A DNA stretch of 24,736 nucleotides from an uncultured Lentisphaerales bacterium (GCA_943788985.1 CALSSJ010000048.1:1-24736), one strand, 5' to 3'; positions 9,901-17,840 are shown, counted from the stretch's first letter. The notes: generated by a model from the letters alone, not told the origin. Made by a program: numbers and translations.

Positions 9901-12087
9901 ATGCGCCAATCCAGTCGGATCGGTCTGCTCTACCTTGCGCTCATTCGCGCTCGAGTTCCACGAGCGGTCTGCATCGCCAAACTGAAAGTCCTCGTAGCCA
10001 GGCGGCGCAAAGGCAGCTGCCTGCCAATAGCACGAAAACGTAGCCTCGCAGTCAGAGGCAGCGGCACCAAAATAATAGCGGCCACGCACTGTTGCCGTGA
10101 TTGGCTGGTCGAGACGAATCGGGCCATCGAGCTCAAGGTCGGTACGCATCGTGTCGGGGACATAGTGGGCAACACGAAATGAACTGCTTCCCCACACGCT
10201 GCCGTCTGGGGCACCGATCGAAACCTGATAGCGCCCGGTTACAGCGGCGTCCGCGACTGGCAGCGTGTGACTCACCCAGCCGTAGGTGTCTACATCGACG
10301 TCAATGCTTAGCAGGACGCGCTGCAGCGGATCTTCAATCCGAAGCCGACAAGGAAAGCCGCTGGCTGCCCGCAGCGCGCTGTCCCGTACCAGCGCTTGAA
10401 TGCGCAGCTCCTCGCCCGGCCGACAGACACCGCGTTCGTGAAACACCAGGGCCTCGTACTCACTCGCGGGTAAGGTCCGTCCCGGCAGCGAAAACTCTGT
10501 CAGGCGATGATCGTCTTTCCCGTCCAGGAGCAGGTAGCTGAGATCACCATCACGTTCGCCAATCAGCACATACGGCTTCTCGTCGTCGAGCGGCTGCAGG
10601 CGGACAATGCCCACGCCATCGCTACCGGTGTTGCCGGAACCAAGCAGCTGATTGCGCTCTGAATACACGGACAAGGTGCAGTTTGAGAGCGGCTCATGCG
10701 CATCCAGCGAGAACGCCACTGCGTGGAGTGTCTGATCCTGTTGCGCCACAGACAGCCCAATTTTTGTCAGTACCACCCGCCGGGTCTTGAGGCGATAGCG
10801 CTGGGCCGTCGGAAAGGCGTCGATCATATAGATACCGGGCTTCTGCCCGCCCAGCAAGTCGCTGAGTGGCACGGTGACCCGGGCCTCCTGATTCTCATCT
10901 AACTCGGGCACCAGCGAATACTTCGCCACGGTCCGGCCCACGTCCCGGACTCGGTCCGAACGCAGAAACTGGACAATGTTATTGGGATACACCCGCATCG
11001 CTGAGAGCTCCACGCCCCCCGTATTGCCCACGTACAAGGGCAGCGATGCCTGCGGCTCAAGCGGCAGAAATGGCCCGCGCGACAGAAATCGCACTTGTGC
11101 TGGCCGGTCCGGCGTGGTGAACGTGCGCACCGCCTCGGCCGCCAGCGGCGTGACATCGTCGCTAAACACCAGGCCTTCGGGGAACGTGATCTCGTACGTG
11201 CACCGCGGGCGAAAATTGCCGACAATTGACACCGTCCGGCCCCACGAGTAGACCTTCTTCACCTCCGCTGGAGGGTCAAAGACCAACTGGTCTACGAACG
11301 CCTGCGCGTCGGTCGGCTTCGAAACTTTCAGCTCGAGCCGAAACCCATCGCCGTAGGTCTTTGCATGAATCCAGCCAACATGTGGTGCTGGCAGCTCCAG
11401 CTGCTGAGGCTTGATGGGGATCGTCACTCTCCTATCCTTATCCAGACCTCGCGCCGCCCCCACTGCCTGTAAGCCCTTCTTAAAACACAGTTCGATCGAA
11501 CTTACGTCAGCTCTGTGGCCAATCCCGATCCGCTGGTGATCGCTCGGCGCGTTCGTCTTCGAGCTAAGGCGGCAGTCTTTGAGATTCGGTGTGGCCTGAA
11601 GATGAGCCAGCAGTTGTTTGCTGTCGACAGGACTGCTGAAGACGATGTCGGCGTACGTGACCCGGCCGCCCGCGAGACTAGATGTCGTGCTGGACTCCAC
11701 GCTTACGATACGAAAGGGCGGGGTGGAGGCAGCGCGGGGCACCTGTGCCAAGGCGATTCCGCCGGCGTCTTGGGCCGTTTCGAGCGGTTGTATCTGAAAG
11801 GTCGTATCGGGTGGCGGCCTGGAATCGGTCAGCAGCAACAACGTTCGCTCGTCCTGCCAGCGGGGCACCACTGCGACTGCTGGCGTCAGCACCACCGGGA
11901 GTTGGTCCGCTTCCGCCATATCACTGGTAAAGCGCACCGTGAACATACCTCGGCTCAGGGTGGTGTGGCAGTACTCCAGTTCCGCAATTCCCGGCGGTGC
12001 GGGCTGCGAACTCCGCATCTGCGATGCGAGCCAGAGGTTGAGAGTGAGAGAAAAAAGACCGATCGTACACCACAAGCGTGCGCGCAT
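6901..12087 (-). CDS. Bacterial alpha-2-macroglobulin (YfhM-like) with intact thioester motif
   Basis: ~1730 aa; ERGVCRPGE, YAVDQGIL, thioester YPYGCLEQTTS (CLEQ at 8167-8178), DLLPGGLEIE, RAVTPGTY and EAMYRP. N-terminal hydrophobic anchor; paired with pbpC. The start may be 12087 (GGGGA RBS) or 12099. Confidence 0.95.
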   Translation of the reverse strand: MRARLWCTIGLFSLTLNLWLASQMRSSQPAPPGIAELEYCHTTLSRGMFTVRFTSDMAEADQLPVVLTPAVAVVPRWQDERTLLLLTDSRPPPDTTFQIQPLETAQDAGGIALAQVPRAASTPPFRIVSVESSTTSSLAGGRVTYADIVFSSPVDSKQLLAHLQATPNLKDCRLSSKTNAPSDHQRIGIGHRADVSSIELCFKKGLQAVGAARGLDKDRRVTIPIKPQQLELPAPHVGWIHAKTYGDGFRLELKVSKPTDAQAFVDQLVFDPPAEVKKVYSWGRTVSIVGNFRPRCTYEITFPEGLVFSDDVTPLAAEAVRTFTTPDRPAQVRFLSRGPFLPLEPQASLPLYVGNTGGVELSAMRVYPNNIVQFLRSDRVRDVGRTVAKYSLVPELDENQEARVTVPLSDLLGGQKPGIYMIDAFPTAQRYRLKTRRVVLTKIGLSVAQQDQTLHAVAFSLDAHEPLSNCTLSVYSERNQLLGSGNTGSDGVGIVRLQPLDDEKPYVLIGERDGDLSYLLLDGKDDHRLTEFSLPGRTLPASEYEALVFHERGVCRPGEELRIQALVRDSALRAASGFPCRLRIEDPLQRVLLSIDVDVDTYGWVSHTLPVADAAVTGRYQVSIGAPDGSVWGSSSFRVAHYVPDTMRTDLELDGPIRLDQPITATVRGRYYFGAAASDCEATFSCYWQAAAFAPPGYEDFQFGDADRSWNSSANERKVEQTDPTGLAHAELAIPDELTPPAALRATIIGTVAEPGGRTVAARHSEIVHPVPYYIGLATPAGDDPPHIPWRAVSATGSPYAAGTLHWTLSRRTWRYALSYDDDGDIVRDWSQDDELVREGELQPGLEAGKIELTDLTGGHYQLLMRDDENLVQSRRSFWHYRGQDSSRTTHPAGLVIETDRPTYEPGTTARLQFLAPTAGSAFIVTSARQIDHSQAVPVQAGLNTVEVPIPQTALGSVYAAVTVVHERSGDALVPRRLFGLAHLMVNQSKHQLDIKLSHEAEAKPGETLAVAVSLSHDAAVQLYAVDQGILALSGYRTPAPHSFFYGPRRCGARFADMFDSLFPDTPADFATIAALGGGGRMGRGSIRPDLMDPAIVVLPPVSLTAGTHTIQVPLPDHSGELRLIAVGAGDDVVGATDSTLVTRTPLTIRLSAPRAVAPGDTFTVTATIFNHGDTAGTCELRNKLNGRLLGESAPATSVELSAHGEHQLTWQVEALDCGPAAILLAGNLLGTVTRARVPLVVRPASEAIVVLEHRTLEAGDTHTIQSFPDFEPDTYRCDVSAGPAGATHLNVIKHMLDDYPYGCLEQTTSRALAALALHQLEPKMEIQDRVDAAVARLQQLARSNGAFGMWPGATRDWTEASIYACQFLVGARQAGCSVDTRLYDDALKWLRFRVLYTDRRLPEGFEGYAHLVLALADQAVPTRALDVARHPGSPYDQALAALALIRAGHQQPGKTALESLDLATIPAGKGELNSPVRRQALLLWALLTVKPDHHAIPALFASLEGLRVDGHWGNTHNNALGAMALSAWNRQYPPQSGTITTVSGEDRQVGAQVQTTLGPDEACSVSTTSPALIAIRHRGIPLEPESGPRSRGMSITRTYLDADGEPVLAPRQGDRVCVRITLSSDQAVRNVVAVDLLPGGLEIEDPSLDTRWHQPRGEARPYGVRYHELLDDRVILYLDLQAERPMTFEYWTRAVTPGTYSIPRITSEAMYRPDIVAANGEGCMVIQ

Positions 12088-12113
12088 GATTGTCCCCATT
12101 TTTTGTGCGCCAT

Positions 12114-12150
12114 AAAAAAGATGACTGCGCCGGCGGCAACGGTCGCAGTC
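12114..12150 (-). terminator. Intrinsic-terminator-like hairpin immediately upstream of the A2M start codon
   Basis: The minus strand reads GACTGCG-accgttgccgccgg-CGCAGTC-atc-TTTTTT: a 7-bp outer stem extendable by CCG/CGG, followed by a U6 tract. Confidence 0.55.
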
Positions 12151-12325
12151 GCTCGCGCTGCTGCGCGCTCGATTGCTTGCTCCGCGCGTCGTACCTCTTT
12201 CCTAACACCCCCCAATACTCAACCAAAGCGACCCCTTTTTTGATCGCTAGTACGAGGGTTGGAAGGTTACAGGGAGAGGCAGATTTTCTGCCTGTTTCTC
12301 CCTTCAAAAAGCGCCACTTGACCCA
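12114..12325 (-). ncRNA. Candidate structured RNA / 5' leader (unknown family)
   Basis: Four consecutive stem-loops on the minus strand: 12271-12303, ~12199-12264 (with G-U pairs), ~12164-12188 and the terminator at 12114-12150. No credible protein-coding ORF. Confidence 0.35.
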
Positions 12326-12407
12326 AAGCAGCGTATAAGACACGACGGGCCAAAAAGGTCAAACCATTTTCCGTAACCTGCCAGACTCAAGGCCAGTATT
12401 GTCGTCG

Positions 12408-12510
12408 TTCTGGCGCCCCATCCACAGCCGGGGCGTGGATCGGTGGTGGTTGGGGACCGGTGGCTCCACCACCGGCTACGTTCTTGCTTACCTCCGGGAA
12501 AGGGAGATGG
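12408..12510 (-). repeat. REP-like repeat copy A (GTAG + CCGGTGG-N5-CCACCGG hairpin)
   Basis: The minus strand contains GTAG-CCGGTGG-TGGAG-CCACCGG. The ~100 bp is a near-identical direct repeat of 13469-13564. Confidence 0.85.
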
Positions 12511-12685
12511 ATCGATGCGGATCCGATTCGCAAGCTGGAAACGCGGGGGCTCGCCGCTCCGATGATCTTGTCGAACCACTACGTCGGGACGGGCATGCGC
12601 GAGATCTTGACGCATGCGGGTATGAAGTTATTGTACGATGGGCGGGACTGAAACCTCATACGAATTGTAATACATAGGTGCATGC

Positions 12686-12940
12686 ATGGCGAACGCAAGG
12701 ACAGCGATCTCCATTCCGGATTGGCTTCTCCGGGACATGGACGAGATCGCGAGCGAGGAAAAGATCTCTCGTAGCGCGGCGTTTTGCAGGGCCGCCGCAG
12801 CCCTGGTGACGGCCCGGCGGAACCAACGAGTGTTGGACCAGTTGGATGTGGTCTACGCAGACGCGCCCACTGACGAAGAGCGCCAGTTGCAGGAGCAAAA
12901 CAAACAGTATGCTGCTCGAAAGGTGATCGACGAATGGTGA
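12686..12940 (+). CDS. Ribbon-helix-helix (CopG/MazE/ChpI-like) antitoxin
   Basis: RTAISIPDWLLRDMDEIASEEKISRSAAFCRA is an RHH signature, followed by QLDVVY and a C-terminal EW typical of these antitoxins. Overlaps the toxin start. Confidence 0.85.
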   Translation: MANARTAISIPDWLLRDMDEIASEEKISRSAAFCRAAAALVTARRNQRVLDQLDVVYADAPTDEERQLQEQNKQYAARKVIDEW

Positions 12941-13290
12941 CTCGGCAGGGCGACGTGTGTTGGTGCGACTTCGGCCCTGCGCACGGCTCGGGGCCGTCGC
13001 GTCGACGCCCCTGTGTCGTGATTCAGAACAACGTCTTCAACCGCAGTCGTATCAACACGACAGTCGTCTGCCTGCTAACCTCAAACCTGATGCGCGAGGG
13101 GGCCCCAGGCAATGTTGCCCTGTCCAAGGGCGAAGCAGGACTGCCCAAAAAGTGCATTGCTAATGTCTCGCAGCTTATGACGGTCGACAAGACCGACTTG
13201 AGCGAGAAGATCGGCACGTTACGGGCGCGTCGTCTGCGCGAGATCCTGGCTGGCGTGCAAGGCCTGCTCGAGCCTGCCGACGTTCCTTGA
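12934..13290 (+). CDS. mazF: PemK/MazF-family endoribonuclease toxin
   Basis: RQGDVCWCDFGPAHGSGPSRRRPCVVIQNNVFNRSRINTTVVCLLTSNL...APGNVAL...ANVSQLMTVDK...EKIGTL is the classic PemK pattern. Confidence 0.92.
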   Translation: MVTRQGDVCWCDFGPAHGSGPSRRRPCVVIQNNVFNRSRINTTVVCLLTSNLMREGAPGNVALSKGEAGLPKKCIANVSQLMTVDKTDLSEKIGTLRARRLREILAGVQGLLEPADVP

Positions 13291-13364
13291 TTTCGCTCCG
13301 GTCAACGTGGCCGACAAGCGGCCTTGATAGACCACCAGCACATAGACCAGTGGGGCGGCTGGTA

Positions 13365-13446
13365 TCCCGGAGGGATATTAGAACGTAGCCGGTGGTGAAT
13401 CCACCGGATCTGATCGGAAAAGGAGTTCGCCCTGGAAGGGCGGCAG
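13365..13446 (+). repeat. REP-like repeat copy C (inverted relative to A and B, more diverged)
   Basis: TCCCGGAGGG-atatt-AGAACGTAG-CCGGTGG-TGAAT-CCACCGG followed by a small GCCCT-GGA-AGGGC hairpin; matches the reverse complement of copy B. Confidence 0.8.
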
Positions 13447-13468
13447 GGGGTGCTGCGATGGCCACGCA

Positions 13469-13564
13469 TTCTGGCACCCCATGCGGGGCGCGGATCGGTG
13501 GTGGTTGGGGACCGGTGGTTCCACCACCGGCTACGTTCTTGATGCCCTCCGGGAAAGGGAGGTG
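13469..13564 (-). repeat. REP-like repeat copy B; forms an inverted doublet (REPIN/BIME-like) with copy C
   Basis: The minus strand contains GTAG-CCGGTGG-TGGAA-CCACCGG. The plus-strand core GGATCGGTGGTGGTTGGGGACCGGTGG(C/T)TCCACCACCGGCTACGTTCTTG is shared with copy A. Confidence 0.85.
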
Positions 13565-13869
13565 GGGGCGCAGGCGGCTGGCCCGCATCTTTGCGTCGTG
13601 GGCGGAAGATCTTCTACAGGATCACAAAATGGCCAGGATTGAGAGTGACCAGAAGGTGCACCCCCAAAGTAACGATGAGGACTATGCGCATTGGATTTTA
13701 GGGCGTGGTCGATGGCGTTGCTGGCGGGTCACTCAGGCATCGGGTCATTGAGTCACCCAGTCACCTCGGGCGCCGTGATGGGGAACGAGATGTGGTAAGC
13801 GCTTGTTTTGACGGGCCGAACGCTCGGCGATGCTCGATATCGGTCATCATCTAGGGCGTGAGGATGGCG

Positions 13870-15128
13870 ATAACGCTGTCGATATTGTCGACAAATCCGC
13901 AATCAGGCGGTGCGCCTCGCGGTTTCCGGGGAAAGTGTGTCAGTAGTGCATGGTAGCTCTCGATGGCCTGTGCCGGCTGTTTGATCTGCAACTGAGCGCG
14001 TACCTAATACTGCGGCTGGCGCACGACGGCCTTCCGAAGAAGCGGCGCAGCGCGTTCGCCTTGCGTGGTGAAGAGAAGTGCCGCACCGAGCCGGCTCAGG
14101 ACATCGCCGTCATTGGGGATATTTGCCAAGGCTTGTTCCAAGATGGAAATGGACTTTTTACGTCTGTCTAGGCAGGCGAGGCAATAGGCGGCGTTCGCCA
14201 GCCTCCGACTTGGGAACACCTGCGGAGCAAGGAGCGGGAGATTGAAAGTAAGCCCAAAGAGTACTTCGGGCTAGGCCCACTTCGGCTCGAGAACGGAGGG
14301 GTAGCGTGGGTTCAGTCAGAATGCGGCAATGAGGGTTTTCGCATAGCGCATGGGGGCTTTTTGCATGGTCGGCACCATCATCACCGTGGTATGGTGCTCT
14401 TTTTGGACGGTGGACTCGTCACTCTTGGCCTCGGCGGCTACCAGCAGCCAGAAGAAGAAGGCGGGGATTGCCAGGCTCAGGACTGCCAGCTCCCGGCAAT
14501 CGCGGAGCACGGCCACTGCGTCTGCTTTCGAGGACTGACGACGGCGGCAGAAGTCCAGCAGCAGAGCGGGACCGGCGGCTACGCCGAAAGGGCTGGAAAC
14601 CACTATAGCCACTACGCAGGCAAGCAAGACGTACTTGACCCATGCGATGGCTTCGGCATTTACCGGATGTAGCAGAAAGAGCGCCGCTGTCCCGATGGCG
14701 CCCCACAGGACGCGGTCACTGGTTGCGAACTTCGCAACTTGATTCAGGGCGCAGAGTGCCATGAGTAGCAACCAACTGGCCAAGCCATGGAGCAGGACGT
14801 TCATGGTGTGGAAGCCGCTGGGATTGCGCTTCCACAGCTAGTACTTCAGCGCGTAGCTCAGCACGCGAAGCGGCTGATAGGTCTTGCTTGGAACCGGGCG
14901 AAAAATGTCTGCCAGATTCAAGCTGCGAATCTGCGGATTATCGAGCATCAGGTGCTCATCGTCCTAGTTCGTGAATTCGCCGGTGAGCACCGGGGCGTAA
15001 ACGAGTAACGCCACCCCAAGGCAGATCGCCAGCGCCCACCATCGATGGGGCGCTGGCAGAGCTATTGGGGCGGCGTCAGCAGCGGCCTGTTTCCCGGACC
15101 GCTTCGCAGAGCGCGCCCTATTTGACAA
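13870..15128 (-). pseudogene. Decayed TMTC-like GT-C glycosyltransferase with C-terminal TPR repeats
   Basis: One frame from TTG 15128 reads VYAPVLTGEFTN*DDEHLMLDNPQIR...YQPLRVLSYALKY*LWKRNPSGFHTMNVLLH...LFLLHPVNAEAIAWV...ILEQALANIPNDGDVLSRLGAAL...LLRKAVVRQPQY*. Stops fall at 14964-66, 14838-40, 14316-18, 14271-73 and 14004-06, and there are apparent internal deletions. The 3' end is approximate. Confidence 0.8.
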
Positions 15129-17058
15129 GTGCCCCGTCAATCAGCTCCTGCACGACAGTGGGATCTGCCAGTGTCGAGGTATCGCCGATCTGATCGGACT
15201 CTTTGTGCACGATCTTGCGGAGGATTCGCCGCATGATCTTTCCGGAGCGGGTCTTGGGAAGCCCGGGGACGAATTGCAGGTAGTCTGGGCTGGCGATCGG
15301 GCCGATCTCGCGCCGCACTTGCATGATCAGTTCCTTGCGCAGCTCAGCGCTGGCTTCGGTTCCGGCAGTGAGGATGACAAAGGCGTAGATGCCTTGGCCC
15401 TTGATCTCATGCGGGACGCCGACCACTGCGGCCTCCGCAACATCGTTGTGCAGCACAAGTGCGCTTTCGACTTCAGCAGTGCCCATGCGATGGCCTGAAA
15501 CGTTGATTACGTCATCGACACGCCCGGTGATCCAGTAATAGCCATCTTCATCGCGGCGCGCGCCGTCCCCAGTGAAATAGTAGCCGGGATACTGGATGAA
15601 GTAGGTGTTCTTGAATCGATCTGCGTCGCCGTAGACGCCGCGCATCTGGCCGGGCCATGGCTCCTTGATGGCCAGAATGCCTTCGGCAGCGCCTTCCTTT
15701 TCTACTCCGGTCGTGGGATCCAGAATGACAGGCTTGACGCCGAAGAAGGGCAGGGTGGCTGAGCCGGGCTTGGTCGGGGTCGCGCCGGGCAGTGGGGTGA
15801 TCAGCACGCCGCCGGTTTCCGTCTGCCACCAGGTATCGACGATCGGGCAGGTGCCCTTGCCAATATTCTGGTTGTACCAGTTCCAGGCTTCCGGATTGAT
15901 CGGTTCGCCCACAGTGCCGAGCACTTTGAGGCTGTCAAGCTTGTACGGTGTAACGTAGTCTAAGCCTTCCCGGGCCAATGCCCGAATCGCGGTCGGTGCG
16001 GTGTAAAAGCTGTTCACCTTCCATTTGTCCACGATCTCCCAGAAGCGACCTGCGTCTGGCCAGGTGGGAACACCCTCGAACATCAGCGTCGTGGCCCCGT
16101 TGGTGAGCGGCCCGTAGACGATGTAGGAATGCCCCGTAACCCAGCCGATATCTGCGGTGCACCAGTAGATGTCTCCATCCTGATAATCAAAGATGTATTT
16201 GTGGGTGAGTGCCGTGTAGACATTGTAGCCGCCGGTGGTGTGCAGGACGCCCTTGGGCTTGCCGGTGGAGCCGGACGTGTAGAGGATGAACAGAGGATCC
16301 TCTGCGTCCATTGACTCGCACGGGCACTCTGCGTCGACCTTGGCCATTTCTTCGTGCCACCACTTGTCGCGTCCGGATGTCCACGGGACGTCGGCATTGG
16401 TGCGCTTGAAGACGATCACGGTCTCAATCACGTTCAGGCCGTCAACAGCCTGATCCACCGTAGTTTTCATCGGCACGACCTTGGTGCCGCGCAGCAGTTC
16501 GTCGGTGGTGATCACCATTGGCGACGCGCAGTCTTCAATGCGGCCTCGCAGCGAATCTGCGGAAAAGCCGCCAAAGACGATCGAATGAACGGCGCCAATT
16601 CTTGCGCAGGCGAGCATGGCGACTGCAAGTTCCGGGATCATGGGCATGTACAGGGTGATTCGGTCGCCTTTCTGGACGCCGTTTGCCTTCAGGACATTTG
16701 CGAACTTCGCAACATCGGCGTGCAACTCGCGATAGGTTATCTGGCGATCCTCGCCGGGTTTGTTGCCTTCCCAAATGATGGCGACTTGGTCCCCGCGAGT
16801 TTCCAGATGACGGTCCAGGCAGTTGTGGGCCAGATTGGTCTTGCCGCCGAGGAACCAGGCGATTTCCGCCTTGTGGAAGTCGTACTCGCGAACGGTGTTG
16901 AACGGCTCGAACCAGTCGATCGTTTCCTTTGCAGTGCGTTCCCAGAAGGCGTCGGTGTCGTTGAAGCTCTCATCGTACAGTTCCTGGTATTCAGCCAAGC
17001 TTTTGATCAAAGCATTCTGTGAAAACTCATCGGATGGTGGATAGATGTCGGCGGACAT
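15118..17058 (-). CDS. acs: Acetyl-CoA synthetase (AMP-forming)
   Basis: [42 protein letters not shown] and the acetylation-site motif [21 protein letters not shown] before ATG 17058. Confidence 0.97.
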   Translation of the reverse strand: MSADIYPPSDEFSQNALIKSLAEYQELYDESFNDTDAFWERTAKETIDWFEPFNTVREYDFHKAEIAWFLGGKTNLAHNCLDRHLETRGDQVAIIWEGNKPGEDRQITYRELHADVAKFANVLKANGVQKGDRITLYMPMIPELAVAMLACARIGAVHSIVFGGFSADSLRGRIEDCASPMVITTDELLRGTKVVPMKTTVDQAVDGLNVIETVIVFKRTNADVPWTSGRDKWWHEEMAKVDAECPCESMDAEDPLFILYTSGSTGKPKGVLHTTGGYNVYTALTHKYIFDYQDGDIYWCTADIGWVTGHSYIVYGPLTNGATTLMFEGVPTWPDAGRFWEIVDKWKVNSFYTAPTAIRALAREGLDYVTPYKLDSLKVLGTVGEPINPEAWNWYNQNIGKGTCPIVDTWWQTETGGVLITPLPGATPTKPGSATLPFFGVKPVILDPTTGVEKEGAAEGILAIKEPWPGQMRGVYGDADRFKNTYFIQYPGYYFTGDGARRDEDGYYWITGRVDDVINVSGHRMGTAEVESALVLHNDVAEAAVVGVPHEIKGQGIYAFVILTAGTEASAELRKELIMQVRREIGPIASPDYLQFVPGLPKTRSGKIMRRILRKIVHKESDQIGDTSTLADPTVVQELIDGALVK

Positions 17059-17181
17059 GGGAAGCCTCCTCGGCAACGGTGTGGATGCGAAAGGTGATAT
17101 GGAACGTAAACCCCCGTTCGTGGGTTCCGCAATCCCTTTTCGACGAATATTGTGAGGGGGCCAGCGCGAGCGCGCGAGAGA

Positions 17182-17436
17182 TCAGCCGCAAGCAGCTGGG
17201 TGCAAAACAGGGTACAGGGGGCGGGTTGCTGGTGCGGTCACGGTCGCCGCCACGTGATTGCATTTACCGAGGCAGGCTGGGCCCGCGCACTCGGTGGAGT
17301 CGGTCTGGATGCGCCAGGCGCCTTTGCGTCCAGCCAAGCCATAATTGCGATAGGTCAGTACTTGTCGGCAATGCAGGCAGCGGCCCAAGGAGCGATCGAA
17401 TACTGTCGGCAGCTTTCTCTGGTCGATACGCATCAC
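17182..17436 (-). CDS. Small Cys-rich protein, possibly a degenerate HNH-like zinc-binding domain
   Basis: VFDRSLGRCLHCRQVLTYRNYGLAGRKGAWRIQ...ACLGKCNH. The GTG/ATG start directly abuts the upstream TGA. Confidence 0.55.
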   Translation of the reverse strand: MMRIDQRKLPTVFDRSLGRCLHCRQVLTYRNYGLAGRKGAWRIQTDSTECAGPACLGKCNHVAATVTAPATRPLYPVLHPAACG

Positions 17437-17742
17437 TCAGTGCTCCTGCGGCACGAAAGCGCTGCTGGTTGCGGGCTTGAGTGCCGTCGCGGGAATGTCA
17501 GTTGGTACGATGGCTTCTATTGATGGCAGACGCAGTCGGGCCATCACCTGATAGGCGCGGCACTCGGCATACCACATGGAGCGCTGGGCAAACTGGCTGA
17601 TGGTCCGCACCTTGCGCTGGTAGCGGTCCTGCTCAGCGGGATTCCAGCCGAGAAGGTGACACCGCACCAGGCCGACGAGCCATTGGCGTTGGGTTTCAGT
17701 GAAGTATTCTTCGCAATCAAGATCTGTGGTCAGTGGATTCAT
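17437..17742 (-). CDS. Hypothetical protein (101 aa)
   Basis: ATG 17742 is preceded by an AGGAG RBS and a sigma-54 promoter; MNPLTTDLDCEEYFTETQRQWLVGLVRCHLLGW... No family recognised. Confidence 0.65.
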   Translation of the reverse strand: MNPLTTDLDCEEYFTETQRQWLVGLVRCHLLGWNPAEQDRYQRKVRTISQFAQRSMWYAECRAYQVMARLRLPSIEAIVPTDIPATALKPATSSAFVPQEH

Positions 17743-17779
17743 CGAGATTCTCCTGCTTGAGTTGTGTTGAAACCCTCTT

Positions 17780-17796
17780 TGCAGGAGCCGTGCCAA
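17780..17796 (-). promoter_or_regulatory. Sigma-54 (-24/-12) promoter
   Basis: The minus strand reads TTGGCACGGCTCCTGCA, i.e. GG-N10-GC with a perfect TGGCACG, ~38 bp upstream of ATG 17742. Confidence 0.75.
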
Positions 17797-17840
17797 TGCC
17801 ATTTCATGCCGCGTTGGAGGCGATAAATGGCACTTAGATG

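Noticed and set aside
12265..12310. Cobalamin riboswitch (AAGGGA...GAAAAT...CCCTGTAA resemblance on the minus strand)
   Set aside because: No B12 box or GCCACTG/GGGAAG elements downstream, and the adjacent genes are unrelated to B12.
11921..12343. ORFs 11921-12343 (-), 11955-12215 (-) and 12090-12338 (+) as real genes or leader peptides
   Set aside because: They overlap the A2M start, have no RBS or recognisable domain, and run through the hairpin-rich region.
12408..13564. CRISPR array or integron attC sites
   Set aside because: Only three copies in mixed orientation, no regular spacers, no cas or intI genes and no RYYYAAC/GTTRRRY box arrangement. GTAG+hairpin fits REP elements.
13392..13751. 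ORFs across the REP doublet (13392-13751 +, 13175-13588 -) and 12399-12677
   Set aside because: They are largely translations of repeat DNA, with no recognisable domains or RBS.
14004..14966. Amber (TAG) recoding or read-through of the TMTC-like gene
   Set aside because: One interrupting stop is TGA, the gene also shows apparent deletions, acs itself ends in TAG, and no other long gene here has internal TAGs. Ordinary nonsense decay explains it.
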